From assembly GCA_014905635.1 (NCBI GenBank), contig CM026548.1, forward strand, positions 682,001-746,000: a DNA stretch of 64,000 nucleotides, written 5' to 3'. Below the pieces are notes generated by a model. That model was given only the letters and a program-made list of their open reading frames with translations, made no database searches and was not told where the DNA came from. The translations under genes and the position numbers were made by a program. The stretch comes from Scenedesmus sp. PABB004. Taxonomy: Eukaryota. Positions 52,412 through 64,000 of this stretch are shown here, piece after piece. Position 1 is the first letter of the stretch; each line of letters starts with the position of its first letter.

Positions 52412-55201
52412 ATGCGCGGCGGCGGCGCTCGAGCGTGCAGCAGCAGCGCCGCCCGCCGCTGCTCGCCCGCGCCGCGCGCCGCCCGCTCCTGGCTCTCTTC
52501 GAGGCCTTCACCGCCAGCGCTAACCGGGGCGCAGCCCTCCAGCGGCCGTGGCGCGCTGTGCGGCGCGGGCAGCGGGCGTGATGGCGTTGGCGCGACACCC
52601 GTCGGCGGCGGCGGCGCGGAGCTCACGCTGGACATCAAGGCCTGCGACAGCCCAGGGCAGGTGGCGCAGCTGCTGGAGCAGCGCGGCGGGGAGCTCAACT
52701 TCATCCACGCCGCGGCGGCGCTCACGCACGCGGCGCAGCTGGCGCGGGGCGCACCGGGCGCCCAGCAGCGGCGGCGGCGGGGGGTCTCGCCGCAACAAGG
52801 CGCCCGCAGCGCTGGCGCGCCGCCGCCGGCACCGGGCGCGGCGGCGACGGAGCTGCGCGCCGCGCTGCCGGGCCTCGCGCGCGCCGCCGCGCAGCACGCG
52901 GCCTCGTTCCAGGGCCGCCAGGTGGCCAACTGCCTGTGGGCGTGCCAGCAGCTGCTGGGCGCGCTGCAGCAGCAGCAGCAGGCCGAGGAGCAGCAGCAGC
53001 AGCAGCAGCCGCCGGCGGAGTGCTCGCCGGCGGAGGGGCAGCTGCTGGCGCTGGCGGCGCAGCTGGTGGCCCAGGCGGGCGCCTGCTGGCACCTATTCAA
53101 CGGACAGGAGCTGGCGCTGCTGCTCTGGGCAGCGACCGCCCTGCCGGAGGCACTGCCGGACACAGGCGCCGCGTGCGGCGACGCAAGCGCCGGCGCCGCG
53201 TGGGCGGGCGTGAGCCCCGCCTGGGTCGCCGCGGGCGTGCAGCAGCTGGAGCGCCAGCAGCGCCAGGGCCGGCTGCGCCTGAGGCCGCAGGAGCTGGAGA
53301 TGCTCCTGGTCGCTCTGCGGCGGCGGCGGCGGCGGCAGCAGCAGCTGCTGCTGCCGGTGCAGCTGCTGCAGGCGGCGCTCGCGGGCGTCGCGCAGCGGCC
53401 GGACCGCTGCAGCGGGCGCGACGTGGCGGGGCTGCTGCACGCGTGCGCGGCGCTGGGGCTGCGGCCGAGCGGGAACGCGCTGCCCAGGCTCGCGTCGGCG
53501 CTGGGCGCGCGGGCGCTCGCGCGGCTGGGGCCCGTGGACGTGACCAACGCGCTGTGGGCGCTGGCGGCGCTCCGCATGCGGCCGGCGAGCGAGGAGTGGG
53601 CCGCGGGCCTGCTGCGCGGCCTGCTGGCCGCGCTGGCGCGGCAGCTGCGGGAGCTGAGCGGGCCAGAGCTGGCGGTGTGCCTGTACGCGTTCGCGCGCCT
53701 GCGTGCGCGGCCGCCCCCGCGGCTGCTCGCTGCGGCGGCAGGCGGCGCCGCTGCGCGGCTGGCGCAGAGGCAGCAGCGCGAGCGAGCGCTGCTGCTCTGG
53801 GCGCTGGCGGAGCTGCGGTTCAGGCCGCCGGCGGCGGCATTGCAGGCGCAGCTGGGCGCTTTCCTGGGGCACGCGCAGGAGCAGCAGGCGCCGCAGCAGG
53901 AGCAGGAGCAGCTGATGCAGCAGCGCGCGCAGCAGCAGGCGCTGGCGCTGCACGCGCAGCACGCCGCGATGGCGGTGTGGGCGTGCGGCCGGCTGCGCTA
54001 CAGACCACCCCGGCCGCTGCTGGCCGCGCTGCTGGCGCGCAGCCACGCCCTGCTTGACCACGCGTCGGCCCAGGACCTTGCGTGCCTGGCGCACGGCCTG
54101 GCGGGCATGGCCGTCCGGCCGCCCGCGGCCTGGCTGTGCGCATTCCGTCGCCAGCTGCTGGCCGCGTGCCCGGCGGCGCCGCAGCAGGAGCAGCAAGCGG
54201 CGGGCGCCTGCGGCGGGCGCCGCGGCGGCACCCTCACTGGGCAGGGCTTGGCCATGGCGCTGTGGGGCCTGGCGCGCATGGCTGACGCCGGCGCGGCAGA
54301 CGTGGGCGCGCCCGTGGACGGCAGCCCCAGTGACGACCCCGTGCAGGCGCCGCCGGTCTCGCTGGCGGAGCTGCTCGCGGCCGCGGAGCCGCTGCTCGCG
54401 AGCAGCCCTGCGGCGGGGGGTGTCGTGCTGTGGGCGTGCCTGCGGCTGGGCCACCGGCCGGCGGCGCAGCACGTGGACGCCGCGCTGCGCGCGTTTGCTC
54501 CGCCGCCGGCGGCGACGCCGGCATCGCCGCGCCGGGGCGCGCCCGGCAAGCCGCAGCGGCGGCGGCCGGAGGCGGAGGGCTGGCGCGTGGCGCAGTCGCT
54601 CGCGCTCGTGGCGTGGGCGGTCGCGCGGCTGGGCGCGGACGCGGAGCGCAAGCTGCTGGTGCAGGCGGCGCTGCGCGCCAGCGCGCACCTGGTGCGTCGC
54701 GCGGCCGCGGCCGCGCGCCTGACCCGCCGCGCTCGCCGCGCGACTCACGCATCACTCACCGCCCCGCCGCGCTCGCAGCTGCGCTTCGCCAACACCACGG
54801 ACCTCGCCTGCCTCGCCGTGTCGCTCGCGCGCGTGGGGGCGCCGCTGCCGCCTGGCTGGCTGCTCCAGTTCCTGGCCGCCAGCCAGGCGGCGCTGCCGCG
54901 CGCCTCGGACGCCCAGCTCGCCACGCTGGCGGTGGGCGTGCAGCGCCTCGCCGCGTCGCAGCCCGGCGCGGCGCCGCCGCCGGCGGTCTGGCAGCTCGCG
55001 CTCGAGCTGGAGCTGCGCGCGCGGCGGCGGGCCGCCCAGGAGGCCGCTGAGCAAGCGGCCGAGGCAGACGCGGGGCGCGGACGCGGGGGCGATCAGGGGG
55101 AGCAGGAGGGGCAGCGGCCAGAGCCGCTGCGCGTGGTGGCGGGCGTGCTGCGGCTCTGGCGGGCGGCGGCGGTTGACCGGCAGCTGAGCCCCGCCCTGTG
55201 A
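52412..55201 (+). CDS. Octotricopeptide-repeat (OPR) organellar RNA-binding protein
   Basis: Repeated helical units (RQVANCLWA, QELALLLWA, DVTNALWALA, PELAVCLYAFARL, DLACLAHGLA) and a targeting-like N-terminus. In-frame intron at about 54692-54778. The start codon is uncertain. Confidence 0.75.
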   Translation: MRGGGARACSSSAARRCSPAPRAARSWLSSRPSPPALTGAQPSSGRGALCGAGSGRDGVGATPVGGGGAELTLDIKACDSPGQVAQLLEQRGGELNFIHAAAALTHAAQLARGAPGAQQRRRRGVSPQQGARSAGAPPPAPGAAATELRAALPGLARAAAQHAASFQGRQVANCLWACQQLLGALQQQQQAEEQQQQQQPPAECSPAEGQLLALAAQLVAQAGACWHLFNGQELALLLWAATALPEALPDTGAACGDASAGAAWAGVSPAWVAAGVQQLERQQRQGRLRLRPQELEMLLVALRRRRRRQQQLLLPVQLLQAALAGVAQRPDRCSGRDVAGLLHACAALGLRPSGNALPRLASALGARALARLGPVDVTNALWALAALRMRPASEEWAAGLLRGLLAALARQLRELSGPELAVCLYAFARLRARPPPRLLAAAAGGAAARLAQRQQRERALLLWALAELRFRPPAAALQAQLGAFLGHAQEQQAPQQEQEQLMQQRAQQQALALHAQHAAMAVWACGRLRYRPPRPLLAALLARSHALLDHASAQDLACLAHGLAGMAVRPPAAWLCAFRRQLLAACPAAPQQEQQAAGACGGRRGGTLTGQGLAMALWGLARMADAGAADVGAPVDGSPSDDPVQAPPVSLAELLAAAEPLLASSPAAGGVVLWACLRLGHRPAAQHVDAALRAFAPPPAATPASPRRGAPGKPQRRRPEAEGWRVAQSLALVAWAVARLGADAERKLLVQAALRASAHLVRRAAAAARLTRRARRATHASLTAPPRSQLRFANTTDLACLAVSLARVGAPLPPGWLLQFLAASQAALPRASDAQLATLAVGVQRLAASQPGAAPPPAVWQLALELELRARRRAAQEAAEQAAEADAGRGRGGDQGEQEGQRPEPLRVVAGVLRLWRAAAVDRQLSPAL

Positions 55202-55465
55202 CGTGTCGCCGTCTGGGCCGCAACGATCGTGCGCGCTCGCAGCAGTCGATCGCGGGCACGCGGAACCAGCGGCTGCGCCGAGACAGCGCCGGCGCGCCAC
55301 CTGTGCGCCCGTGGCGGTCGGCGATCGTCGCACCGCACCGCCTGCCGCCATGGCTGTGCATCTCCACCGGCGCGCTCCGCCCGTGCGCGTCGGCAGCGCG
55401 CCGGAAAGCGGCTGAGGCGGCGGCGCCGCGCAGCAGCGGCGCACCGCCAACGCCGCGCCAGCGCG

Positions 55466-56959
55466 ATGGAGCCGGCCGCGGTCGCGCAACTCGAGCTGGA
55501 GCAGGCCCTGGACGGTGGAGCCCCTTCCCAGCTCCTTCTCCGCACGCCTGCCAAAGACTTTGCTGCCGGTGCGGTCGGCGCGCTGGCCGCTGCCCGCCCA
55601 CCAGCCAGCCGCTCCCCACCCACCGCTCGCGCGCCGCCGCCGCCGCAGGCGCGCTCAGCGGCATGGTCGGCATTGCTGCGGGCCAGCCGCTGGACACGCT
55701 GCGCGTGCGCCTGCAGCAGCGCGGCTGCGCCGCGGCCGGCGTCGGCGGCGTGTGGCGCGCGATGGCCGCGGCCGAGGGCGTGCGCGGGCTATTTCGGGGC
55801 ATGTCCTATCCCGTCTACACGACCGCCCTGCAGGTGCGCGCTGCGAGTGCGGGGGCGGGCCAGGGCGGCGGCCGCGCGCCGAGCGGTGCGGCGCCCCGGG
55901 CCGGGCGCTGAGCCGCCCGCGCCGACGCAGAACGCGGTGACGTTTCAGGCGCAGGGCTGGTGCTCCAGGCTGCTGCAGCAGGGCGGCGCGGAGCTGGCGG
56001 GCCAGCCGGCGAGCTGGCAGGTCACGTGCGTGGCGGGCATGTTTGCGGGTGAGCGCTGCTGCCTGGCGCGCCGCCGCGCTGGCTGGCGGCGCCGAGCGGC
56101 CAGCGCCGGTGCCGACCGCGGCCGCCCGCCCGGCGTCGCAGGCGCGGTGCAGGCGGCCATCAGCTGCCCCGTGGAGCTGCTCAAGATCCGGCTGCAGCTG
56201 CAGCGCGCGCTGCCGGGCGCGGCGGGCTACGTGGGGCCCTGGGGCATGCTGCGCCGCGTGCTGGCGGCGGAGGGCCCGGCCGGGCTGTTCCGGGGATATG
56301 CCGTCACGCTCGCGCGTGACACGCCCTCCTATGGCTTGTACTTTTGCGTGCACCATTGGGGCGTCGCGGGGCTCGCGGCGGCCGCGGACGCGCTGCTCGG
56401 GTCCGCGGCGGGCGCCGGCGCGCAGTTGCGGCCGGCGCAGGCGCAAGCGCAGCAGGCGCAGCAGGCGCAAGCGCAGCAGGCGCAGCAGGCGCAGCAGGCG
56501 CAGCAGGCGCAGCAGGCGCAGCAGGCGCAGCAGGCGCCGGGCGGCGGCTCGTACGAGTCCGCGCCGGCGGTGCAGTTCCTCGCCGGCGGCATCGCCGGCG
56601 CGCTCGCGTGGGCGAGCATCTACCCGCTGGACGTGGTCAAGAGCCGCATGCAGGCGCGCACGCCGCGGCTGGACGGAGGAGCAGCGCGGCGGGGGCCCGC
56701 CGCCGCAGCTGCCGCGCCGGCGCGGCGTGCTCTGCGACGGCGCCGCGCCCACGCCCGCCGCGCGGCGGCCGCCGCGCCGCAGGCGCTGCCGCGGCGCGTG
56801 TCGCCCTACGCGAGCGCGGCGCAGTGCGCGGCGGCGAGCCTGCGCGAGGAGGGGGCCGCCGTGTTTGCGCGGGGCCTCGGCGCGACGATGGCGCGCGGCT
56901 TCGTGGTCAACGCGGCCATCTTTGCCTCCTTCGAGGCCCTCATCGCCGCGATGGCCTGA
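55466..56959 (+). CDS. Mitochondrial carrier (SLC25), basic amino acid carrier BAC2-like
   Basis: Three carrier signatures PLDTLRVR, PVELLKIR and PLDVVKSR, plus RDTPSYGLYF and ARGFVVNAAIF. Confidence 0.88.
   Translation: MEPAAVAQLELEQALDGGAPSQLLLRTPAKDFAAGAVGALAAARPPASRSPPTARAPPPPQARSAAWSALLRASRWTRCACACSSAAAPRPASAACGARWPRPRACAGYFGACPIPSTRPPCRCALRVRGRARAAAARRAVRRPGPGAEPPAPTQNAVTFQAQGWCSRLLQQGGAELAGQPASWQVTCVAGMFAGERCCLARRRAGWRRRAASAGADRGRPPGVAGAVQAAISCPVELLKIRLQLQRALPGAAGYVGPWGMLRRVLAAEGPAGLFRGYAVTLARDTPSYGLYFCVHHWGVAGLAAAADALLGSAAGAGAQLRPAQAQAQQAQQAQAQQAQQAQQAQQAQQAQQAQQAPGGGSYESAPAVQFLAGGIAGALAWASIYPLDVVKSRMQARTPRLDGGAARRGPAAAAAAPARRALRRRRAHARRAAAAAPQALPRRVSPYASAAQCAAASLREEGAAVFARGLGATMARGFVVNAAIFASFEALIAAMA
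56435..56535 (+). repeat. Coding (CAGGCGCAG)n minisatellite encoding a poly-QQA insert
   Basis: Tandem 9-nt units in frame inside the carrier gene. Confidence 0.85.
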
Positions 56960-57360
56960 CGGGTGTGCACAGGCGAGAGCGGTGCTGGTGTACAACAGCG
57001 GCGGGTCTGTACGCGAGGGACGCGGGGCTCGGCGGGGCGGCGTCGGGTGCGGCGGTCCGGCGGCGGCGGGCGGTCGGGGCTCTGCGGCGTCGCGGCGCGC
57101 AGCCGCGTGTGCGGCCTGCGCGGCCTTCGTCGCGTGAGCACACTGCCAGCGCCTGGTGAGCTCATCAGCGCGCCCCGGCCTCTCTCTCCCGAGCCCGCAG
57201 GCGGGCCCCCGCCAGTCGCGCCCGATCCCGGCGCCCTCGCTGCGCCGCGTGACCCGGATCCGGCTCAGTGACTAGGGCGCGCGCAGAGATCGGGCGGGAG
57301 ACAGCAGGCGGCGCAGCAGCGGCGGCAGCAGCGGCGGCAGCAGCAGCAGCGGCAGCAGCG

Positions 57361-59152
57361 ATGAACGACCTGCTGCCCGTGCTGAGGGACGCCGGCGGCT
57401 CGGCCGGCGGCCTGGGAGTCGGCCGGCCGCGCGACCAGTCGTCCGGCGGCGGCGCGAGCAGCAACGCGAGCCGCGACCTCGAGGCGGGCCACGGCGCGCC
57501 GGCGGCGCCTGCGCCGGCGGGGCGCGACGGCATGCAGGACTTTTTCGCCAAGACGCGCGACGTGCAGGTGCGCGCCCCCGCGCACGCACGCGCGCCGGCA
57601 GCCGCGGCGCGCGGCCGAGCGCTGCCGGCGCGCGCGGCGGCAGCGCGCCCGCCGCTGCTAGCAGCTCCCGCGCGCGCACTCACACGATCACACACGCACG
57701 CACAGGCGTCCATGGAGGCGATCCGCGAGAAGCAGCGCGACCTCTGGCGCATGCACGAGCAGGGCAAGTCGATCGTGCGCATGAAGGAAGTCACGGAGCA
57801 CAAGGCCCAGATGCAGGCGCGCACGCGGCGCCGCGCCGCGCCGTGCGTGTGGCTTTGTGCGCGCGCGCAGCCGCTCGCCCGCGGAGCGCGCTGCGGCCCC
57901 CACCGCGCCGCCGCCGCACGCGCCGCGCACGCGCCGCGCCACGCGCAGGCGGTGGCGAATGAGGTCAACGCGATCGGTCACCGCATCAAGGCCGACATCG
58001 CGGCGCTGGACGCGATGAACGACGCGGCGCTGCGCGTCAAGGGCCAGGGCGTGGGCTCCGCGAGCGAGCGCACGCGCACGTCCATCACCTCGGGTGCGCG
58101 GTGGTGCCGGCGCGCGCTGTGGCGCTTTGCTGCAGAGCGGCGCGGCGACGGGCGACGCGCGCGGGCCGCCGGCGCCGCCGCGCAGGGCTGAAGAAGAAGC
58201 TCAAAGACCTCATGGGCGAGTTCAGCGAGCTGCGGGCGCGCATCCACGAGGAGAACCGGCAGGTCGTGCAGCGCCGCGTGTACACGGTCACGGGGCAGCA
58301 GCTGCCGGAGGAGCAGATAGACCACATGATCGAGACCGGTGCGAGCGCACGGCAGCGAGTGCAGCGAACAGCGGAGCCGCAGGCACTGCCCGGCAGGCAG
58401 CAGTGACGGCTGCTGGTGCTGGTCTCCGCGCGCCGACCCTGCCGCGCCCGTGCGCACACGCGCGCCACGCGCTCGCAGGCGAGGCGGAGACCATCTTCCA
58501 GAAGGCCATCCTCGAGCAGGGCCGCGGGCGCGTGCTGGACACGCTGGCGGAGATCCAGGAGCGCAACCGCGCGGTCAAGGACCTGGAGGCGAGCCTGCTG
58601 GAGCTGCACCAGATCTTCCTGGACATGGCGGTGCTGGTGGAGGCGCAGGGCGAGATGCTGGACAACATAGAGAAGCAGGCGCGGGCCGCTGCTGCAGTGG
58701 GGCCTGGCAGCACGCCAGCGCAGCGCATCATCCGCGCATGGCGCCGCCCCGCGCTCCGCGCGCCCGCGCCCACGCCGCCGACGCCCCCGCCCTCCCTCCC
58801 CGCCGCCGCCGCAGGTGAGCCGCGCGGTCGACTACGTCGGCGGCGGCACCAAGGCGCTGGTGCAGGCCAAGACGCTGCAGAAGAGCAAGCGCAAGTGGTG
58901 CTGCTGCGCGATCGTGCTGCTGCTGGTCATCCTGGCGATTGTCATCGTCGTGGTACGCCACCGCTGTGCCGCCGCGTCGCTGGCGCCAGCCAACGCATGC
59001 GCCGCGCCCGCCGCCGCCGTCGCTGCGCGCGCGCCCCGACGCCGCGCCGCGCCGCTCTGCCCCGCGCGCGCCAGGTCGTGGTCGTTTACGTGCTGCCCAA
59101 CATCCGCGCGAAGCAGCAGCCCAAGCGCCTGCTCCTCCTGCGCCTCGCCTAG
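57361..59152 (+). CDS. SYP1-type plasma membrane syntaxin (Qa-SNARE), copy 1
   Basis: MNDLL N-peptide, [47 protein letters not shown] and a C-terminal TM. Confidence 0.92.
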
Positions 59153-59907
59153 GCGCGCCACGCTGCGGGGACCCGGGGGCGTTTCATTCTTGCGTGGGCA
59201 CACTGCCGGGGCCGGCCAGCACTGCGCCGCGCTGCAGCGGCCGCCGCCGCCGCTCCCGGGCGCGGCGCGGCGGTGGGGCTTTGGCGCGGCGGCGCTCCGT
59301 TGACTGGTCGGGCGTGCGTCCTGCGTGCGAACCGGGACCGTTCGCCCGTGCAAACTGCTGCCCGTGCGCGAACGCAGCGCGCCGCCGCCGGTCAGAGCGC
59401 AGCGCTGCTCGCTCCGCGCCCGAACGCCCAAGCGCGCGTGCTGAGGCCGTCGCGACGCGCGTGGCACGCACACGGGCGCAGCCGCTCCGCCTGCACGTGC
59501 TGCGGCGAGCGGGCGGGGCGAGGTGCGCGGCGGCGGTCGATGCCGAGCCCCCGGCGCGCCCCCGGTGCCGTCGGCAACGCTCTGTCCACCTTCGCGCTGC
59601 TCTGCCGCTCCTCCATCCGCAGCGCACGCCAGCCGGCCAGTCAGCGGCGCCCTGAGCTCCTGCCAACCCCGCTGCCGCCGCCCGCTGTCGCAGGGCCGCG
59701 CCAGCACCGGCCGGCCGGCGCGCTCCCCAGGCCGCGCCAGGCAGCTCCCCTGAGGGTGGTGTGGCCCCTGTGGCAGCCACGCAGGGCGACCTCCGGCGGC
59801 GGGCGGGCGGCGGCTGGGGCGCGCGGCGGCGCCGCGCCGCGCCGCGCGTGCGCGCGCGCGCATCAGCAGCAGCGGCGGCGGCGGCGGCGGCGGCGGCAGC
59901 AGGCGTG

Positions 59908-61353
59908 ATGAACGACCTGCTGTTCGCGGTCAAGGGCGCCGAGCCGGCGCGCGCGCCGCGCGGCGCGCCCCTGCCCTCGCGCGCGGCGGCGTACGACATC
60001 GAGGCTGGCTTCACCGCCGGCGCGCAGCCCGCGCCGGGCGCCGGCGCGCCCGGCGACAAGGGCCGCGACATGGAGCAGTTCTTCGGCGCCGTGGACGAGC
60101 TCAAGCGGGAGATGGGCGAGATTAAAGCCCGCCAGCGCGCCATCCAGCACCTGCATGAGCGCGGCAAGAGCATGGTGCGGCAGAAGGAGGTGCAGCAGCA
60201 CCGCGACGAGATGCAGGTGCGGCGGCGCGGGGCGTCGGCCAGGCAGCGCGCCGGCGGCAGCACCGCGCGGCACGGCTCGGCCCGGCGGCTGGCGCGCGCG
60301 GCCAGCCCTGAGCTCGACGCTCGCCCCCGGCCGCCGCCGCTGGCAGGCGATCATCAACGAGGTCAGCGCCGCCGCGCACCGCGCCAAGGCAAAGATCGAC
60401 GCCCTCGACAAGCTCAACGCCGCCGCGCTGGCCAAGAAGGGCCAGGGCGCGGGCTCCGCAAGCGAGCGCACGCGCACGTCCATCACCTCGGGTGCGCGTC
60501 GCGCGGCGGCACGCTGTGGCGCTTTGCTGCAGAGCGGCGCGGCGACGGGCGACGCACGCGGGCCCCGCCGGCGCCGCCGCGCAGGGCTGAAGAAGAAGCT
60601 CAAAGACCTCATGGGCGAGTTCAGCGAGCTGCGGGCGCGCATCCACGAGGAGAACCGGCAGGTCGTGCAGCGCCGCGTGTACACGGTCACGGGGCAGCAG
60701 CTGCCGGAGGAGCAGATTGACCACATGATCGAGACCGGTGCGAGCGCACGGCAGCGAGTGCAGCGAACAGCGGAGCCGCAGGCACTGCCCGGCAGGCAGC
60801 AGTGACGGCTGCTGGTGCTGGTCTCCGCGCGCCGACCCTGCCGCGCCCGTGCGCACACGCGCGCCACGCGCTCGCAGGCGAGGCGGAGACCATCTTCCAG
60901 AAGGCCATCCTCGAGCAGGGCCGCGGGCGCGTGCTGGACACGCTGGCGGAGATCCAGGAGCGCAACCGCGCGGTCAAGGACCTGGAGGCGAGCCTGCTGG
61001 AGCTGCACCAGATCTTCCTGGACATGGCGGTGCTGGTGGAGGCGCAGGGCGAGATGCTGGACAACATAGAGAAGCAGGCGCGGGCCGCTGCTGCAGTGGG
61101 CCGGGCGCACCAGCCCCGCAGCCAGCCGTCCGGCGTCGGTTGTCTGCGGTTGACCTCCTCCCCCAACCGCCGCCGCCGCGCGCAGGTGTCGCGCAGCGTG
61201 GAGTTTGTGCAGAGCGGCACGACCGCGCTGGCGGAGGCCAAGACGCTGCAGAAGAAGACGCGCAAGTGGATGTGCTGCGCGATCGTGCTGCTGCTCGTGA
61301 CGGCGGCCGTCATCGTGGTGGTCGTTGTCAAGCCCTGGCAGATGGTCAAGTGA
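59908..61353 (+). CDS. SYP1-type plasma membrane syntaxin (Qa-SNARE), copy 2
   Basis: Same motifs as copy 1; ends [19 protein letters not shown]. Confidence 0.92.
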
Positions 61354-61594
61354 GGCCTGGACCGGGGCAGGAAGCCGTCTGTGGCCGTGACCGCAGCCTG
61401 CGCGGCGGCGTGCCCGCGCGAGCGGGCGAACGGGCAGGCACGGCGCGCCGGAACCGCCGCCGAGCCTTGGTTTTTGCGCCCCGTTCCCGTCTCCAGCGTC
61501 ACCGCAGGCGCCAGCGCCGTGCGTGACAGGCGCCGCAGTGCGCCGGACACGCCGCAGTGCGCCGCCCGCTCGAACGCACCCGCCGCTGCTCGCG

Positions 61595-64000
61595 ATGGCG
61601 CCGGCAACGCTGCTGGCGGCGGCGCTGCTCGTGCTGTTCGCGATCGCCGCCGACTCCCTGGACAACGGGCTGGGCAGGCGGCCGCCCATGGGGGTGCGTG
61701 GAGTGAGCGGCCGGGCCACGCCGCTCGCCACGCGCCGCTGCTCCTAACCCGCCACCTGCTCGCCCGCGCGCACGTCCGCAGTGGAACACCTGGAACGCCT
61801 TTGGCTGCGACAGTGAGCCCGCCGCCGACCCGCTAGCGCCCCGCCGGCCAGCTCCCAGTGCGCAGAGCCGCGCGCTGCCGCCGGCCCGCCGCTCACGCAC
61901 GCCCGGCGCCCGCCGCCCGCCGCCCGCCGCCCCGGCAGTCAACGAGGACCTCGTGTACACCGCCGCGGGGAAGCTGGTGGAGCACGGCCTCGCGGACGCA
62001 GGCTACACGTACTTGAACATCGACGGTGCGCACGCGACGCCTGCGCGCGACGCGCACAGCACGCAGCGCGCCCCCCGGCGAGCCCCCGCGCCCCCGCGCC
62101 GCGCCGCAGACTGCTGGGCGGCGCGCGCGCGCGGCCCCGACGGCGCCCTCGTGCCCGACCCCGCCAAGTTCCCAGCCGGCATGGCCGCGGTCGCCTCGGT
62201 CGTGCACGGCAAGGGGCTGCGCTTCGGGATCTACGCCGACGCCGGCCTCTTCACCTGCGCCGGCTTCCCGGGCAGCCGGTGCGGCGCCCGCGCGCCCGCC
62301 CAGCTCCGCGCCGACCGCCCTGCCGCCCCGTGAGCCGCCGCCGCCGCCGCTGTGGCGGCGTCCACACAGCTTCCACGAACTCGGCGACGCGGCGCTGTTT
62401 GCGGGGTGGGGCGTTGACTATCTGAAGTACGACAACTGCTTCGCAGCGTCGCTGGACGTGCGGGCCCGCTACGAGGCGATGCGCGACGCGCTCAACGCGA
62501 CGGGGCGCCCCATCCTGTGAGCGCGCCGGCGGGCGCCGGCGACCGGCGCCTGCCGCTGCCGGCGCGCGCCCCGGCCGCCGCCGCAGCGCCGCCGACGCGC
62601 CCGGGTGCGCCCGCCCGCCCGCCCGGCCGCGCGCAGCTTCAGCATGTGTGAGTGGGGCGTGAACGAGCCCTGGGCCTGGGCGCGCGGCGCAGCCAACAGC
62701 TGGCGCACGGACGCCGACATCAGCCCCACCTGGGATTCGGTGCTGCGCAGCCTCGACAACGGAGCGGCGGGGCTCGCCAAGGCGCGCCGCGCGCCGTCGC
62801 CGCGCAGCGCCGGCGCGCCTGCCGCGCAGCGCCGGCGCACGCCCGCCGTCGGCGCGCGCGCGCACGCGCGCCCAGAGGCCGGACGCGCCGCGCGGCCGCC
62901 GCCCGCCCCGCAGTTTGCTGGCCCGGGCGGCTGGAACGACCCAGACATGCTCGAGGCGAGCGCCGAGCGGCGAGCGCTGCGCGCCGCGCGCCAGGGGGCT
63001 GCTCTGAGCGCGGCGCCGCCGCCGCCGCCGCCGCCCTTGCCCTTGCCCGGCACGCGGCGCGCAGGTCGGCAACGGGCTGCTCACCCCCGCGCAGCAGCGG
63101 TCCCACTTTGCGCTCTGGGCGCTCGTCAAGGCGCCGCTGCTGATCGGCGCCGACCTGGCGCACCTCGACGACACCAGCCTCAGCATCCTGCTCGCACACG
63201 AGGTGGGGAGGGCCTCGCGGGCCGTGCTACGCTTGCGGCGCACGGGCAGACAGCACACGCGCCGCGGCGGCGCGGCGCGGCTGCGCACGGAGCGGCCGCC
63301 GGCCCCCCGCACCTCGCACGTGCCCTCAGGTCATCGCCATCAATCAGGACAGCCTCGGCGTCGCGGGGGACATCATCTGGAAGGTGCGGGCGCGCGCCGC
63401 GCTGCCGCCGCCGCCGCCGCCGCGGGCGCTCCGCGCCCGCACCTGCCCGCGAGCCTCCGCCGCCGCCGCCGCGCGCCGCGCAGGAGGGCCCTGCCGAGGT
63501 GTGGGCCGCGCCGCTCGCGGGCGGCGGCTGCGCGGTGGTGCTGTTCAACCGCCACCACGCGGGCAACCCGGTGGAGATCAGCGTCACCTGGGCCCAGCTC
63601 GGCCTCGTCGGCGGCCGCGGCGGGCACCCCGGCGCGGCCGCCAAGCCGCCGCGCGTGCGGGCGCGCGTGCGCGACCTGTTTGCCCGCCGCGACCTGGGCG
63701 TGTTCGAGGGCGGCTACACAGCCAGGGTCGCAAACTACGACGTCGCCGTGCTGCGCGTCGAGCCCGAGTCGCGGCCGAGCGGCGGCGCCGGCGGGCCGCT
63801 CGCGGCCGCGTGGCGGCGCGCGCGCGCCGCAGCGTGCGCGATGCTCGGCGCGGCGCGCTGCGGCGGCGGCGCGGCGGCGGCGGGCGCGGACGACGGCGAC
63901 GCGGCGGGCTGGCGGCCGTGGCACGGCGCCGAGGCGGCGGCGGTGCAGGCGCGCGCGCGCGAGGCGGCGGCGGCGGCGGCAGCACGCGCGCGGCCGGCGG
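61595..64000 (+). CDS. Secreted alpha-galactosidase (GH27); partial, runs off the window end
   Basis: Signal peptide, LDNGLG..PPMGWNTWN, LNIDDCW, WGVDYLKYDNC, FSMCEWG, SWRTDADI, WNDPDMLEVGN. Confidence 0.93.

Overview
This is eukaryotic nuclear DNA of very high GC content (roughly 80% by eye), gene-dense, with many short GC-rich introns. TGTAA poly(A) signals, degenerate TTTAGGG repeats, a plant-type cryptochrome and an OPR protein point to a chlorophyte green alga; a Sphaeropleales-like lineage is my inference. I assembled 21 mostly spliced protein genes by hand. In order they are: an H-NOX/PAS/coiled-coil/protein-kinase fusion (runs off the left edge), a PLP/M6-like 4-TM protein, DUF1757-like, AIP2-like RING E3, SAP30-like, a coiled-coil protein, DUF4079-like, a large type I membrane protein, a type II NAD(P)H dehydrogenase, MOT2/MFSD5, SF3A3, TAF8, plant-type cryptochrome, a GT4-like glycosyltransferase, a TPR + double methyltransferase, APC11, an OPR protein, a mitochondrial carrier, two tandem SYP1-type syntaxins and a GH27 alpha-galactosidase (runs off the right edge). 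Most long ORFs in the supplied track are GC-driven shadow frames. The standout is the complete soluble-guanylate-cyclase sensor module (heme His, YxSxR, PAS, coiled coil) spliced in frame to a Ser/Thr kinase N-lobe where the cyclase should be, which suggests a gas-sensing kinase. Also notable are about 19 GC-AG introns, a gene-conversion tract between the syntaxins, a dispersed ~300 bp repeat, and four frameshifts that look like assembly errors. All family calls come from motif recognition; no searches were run.
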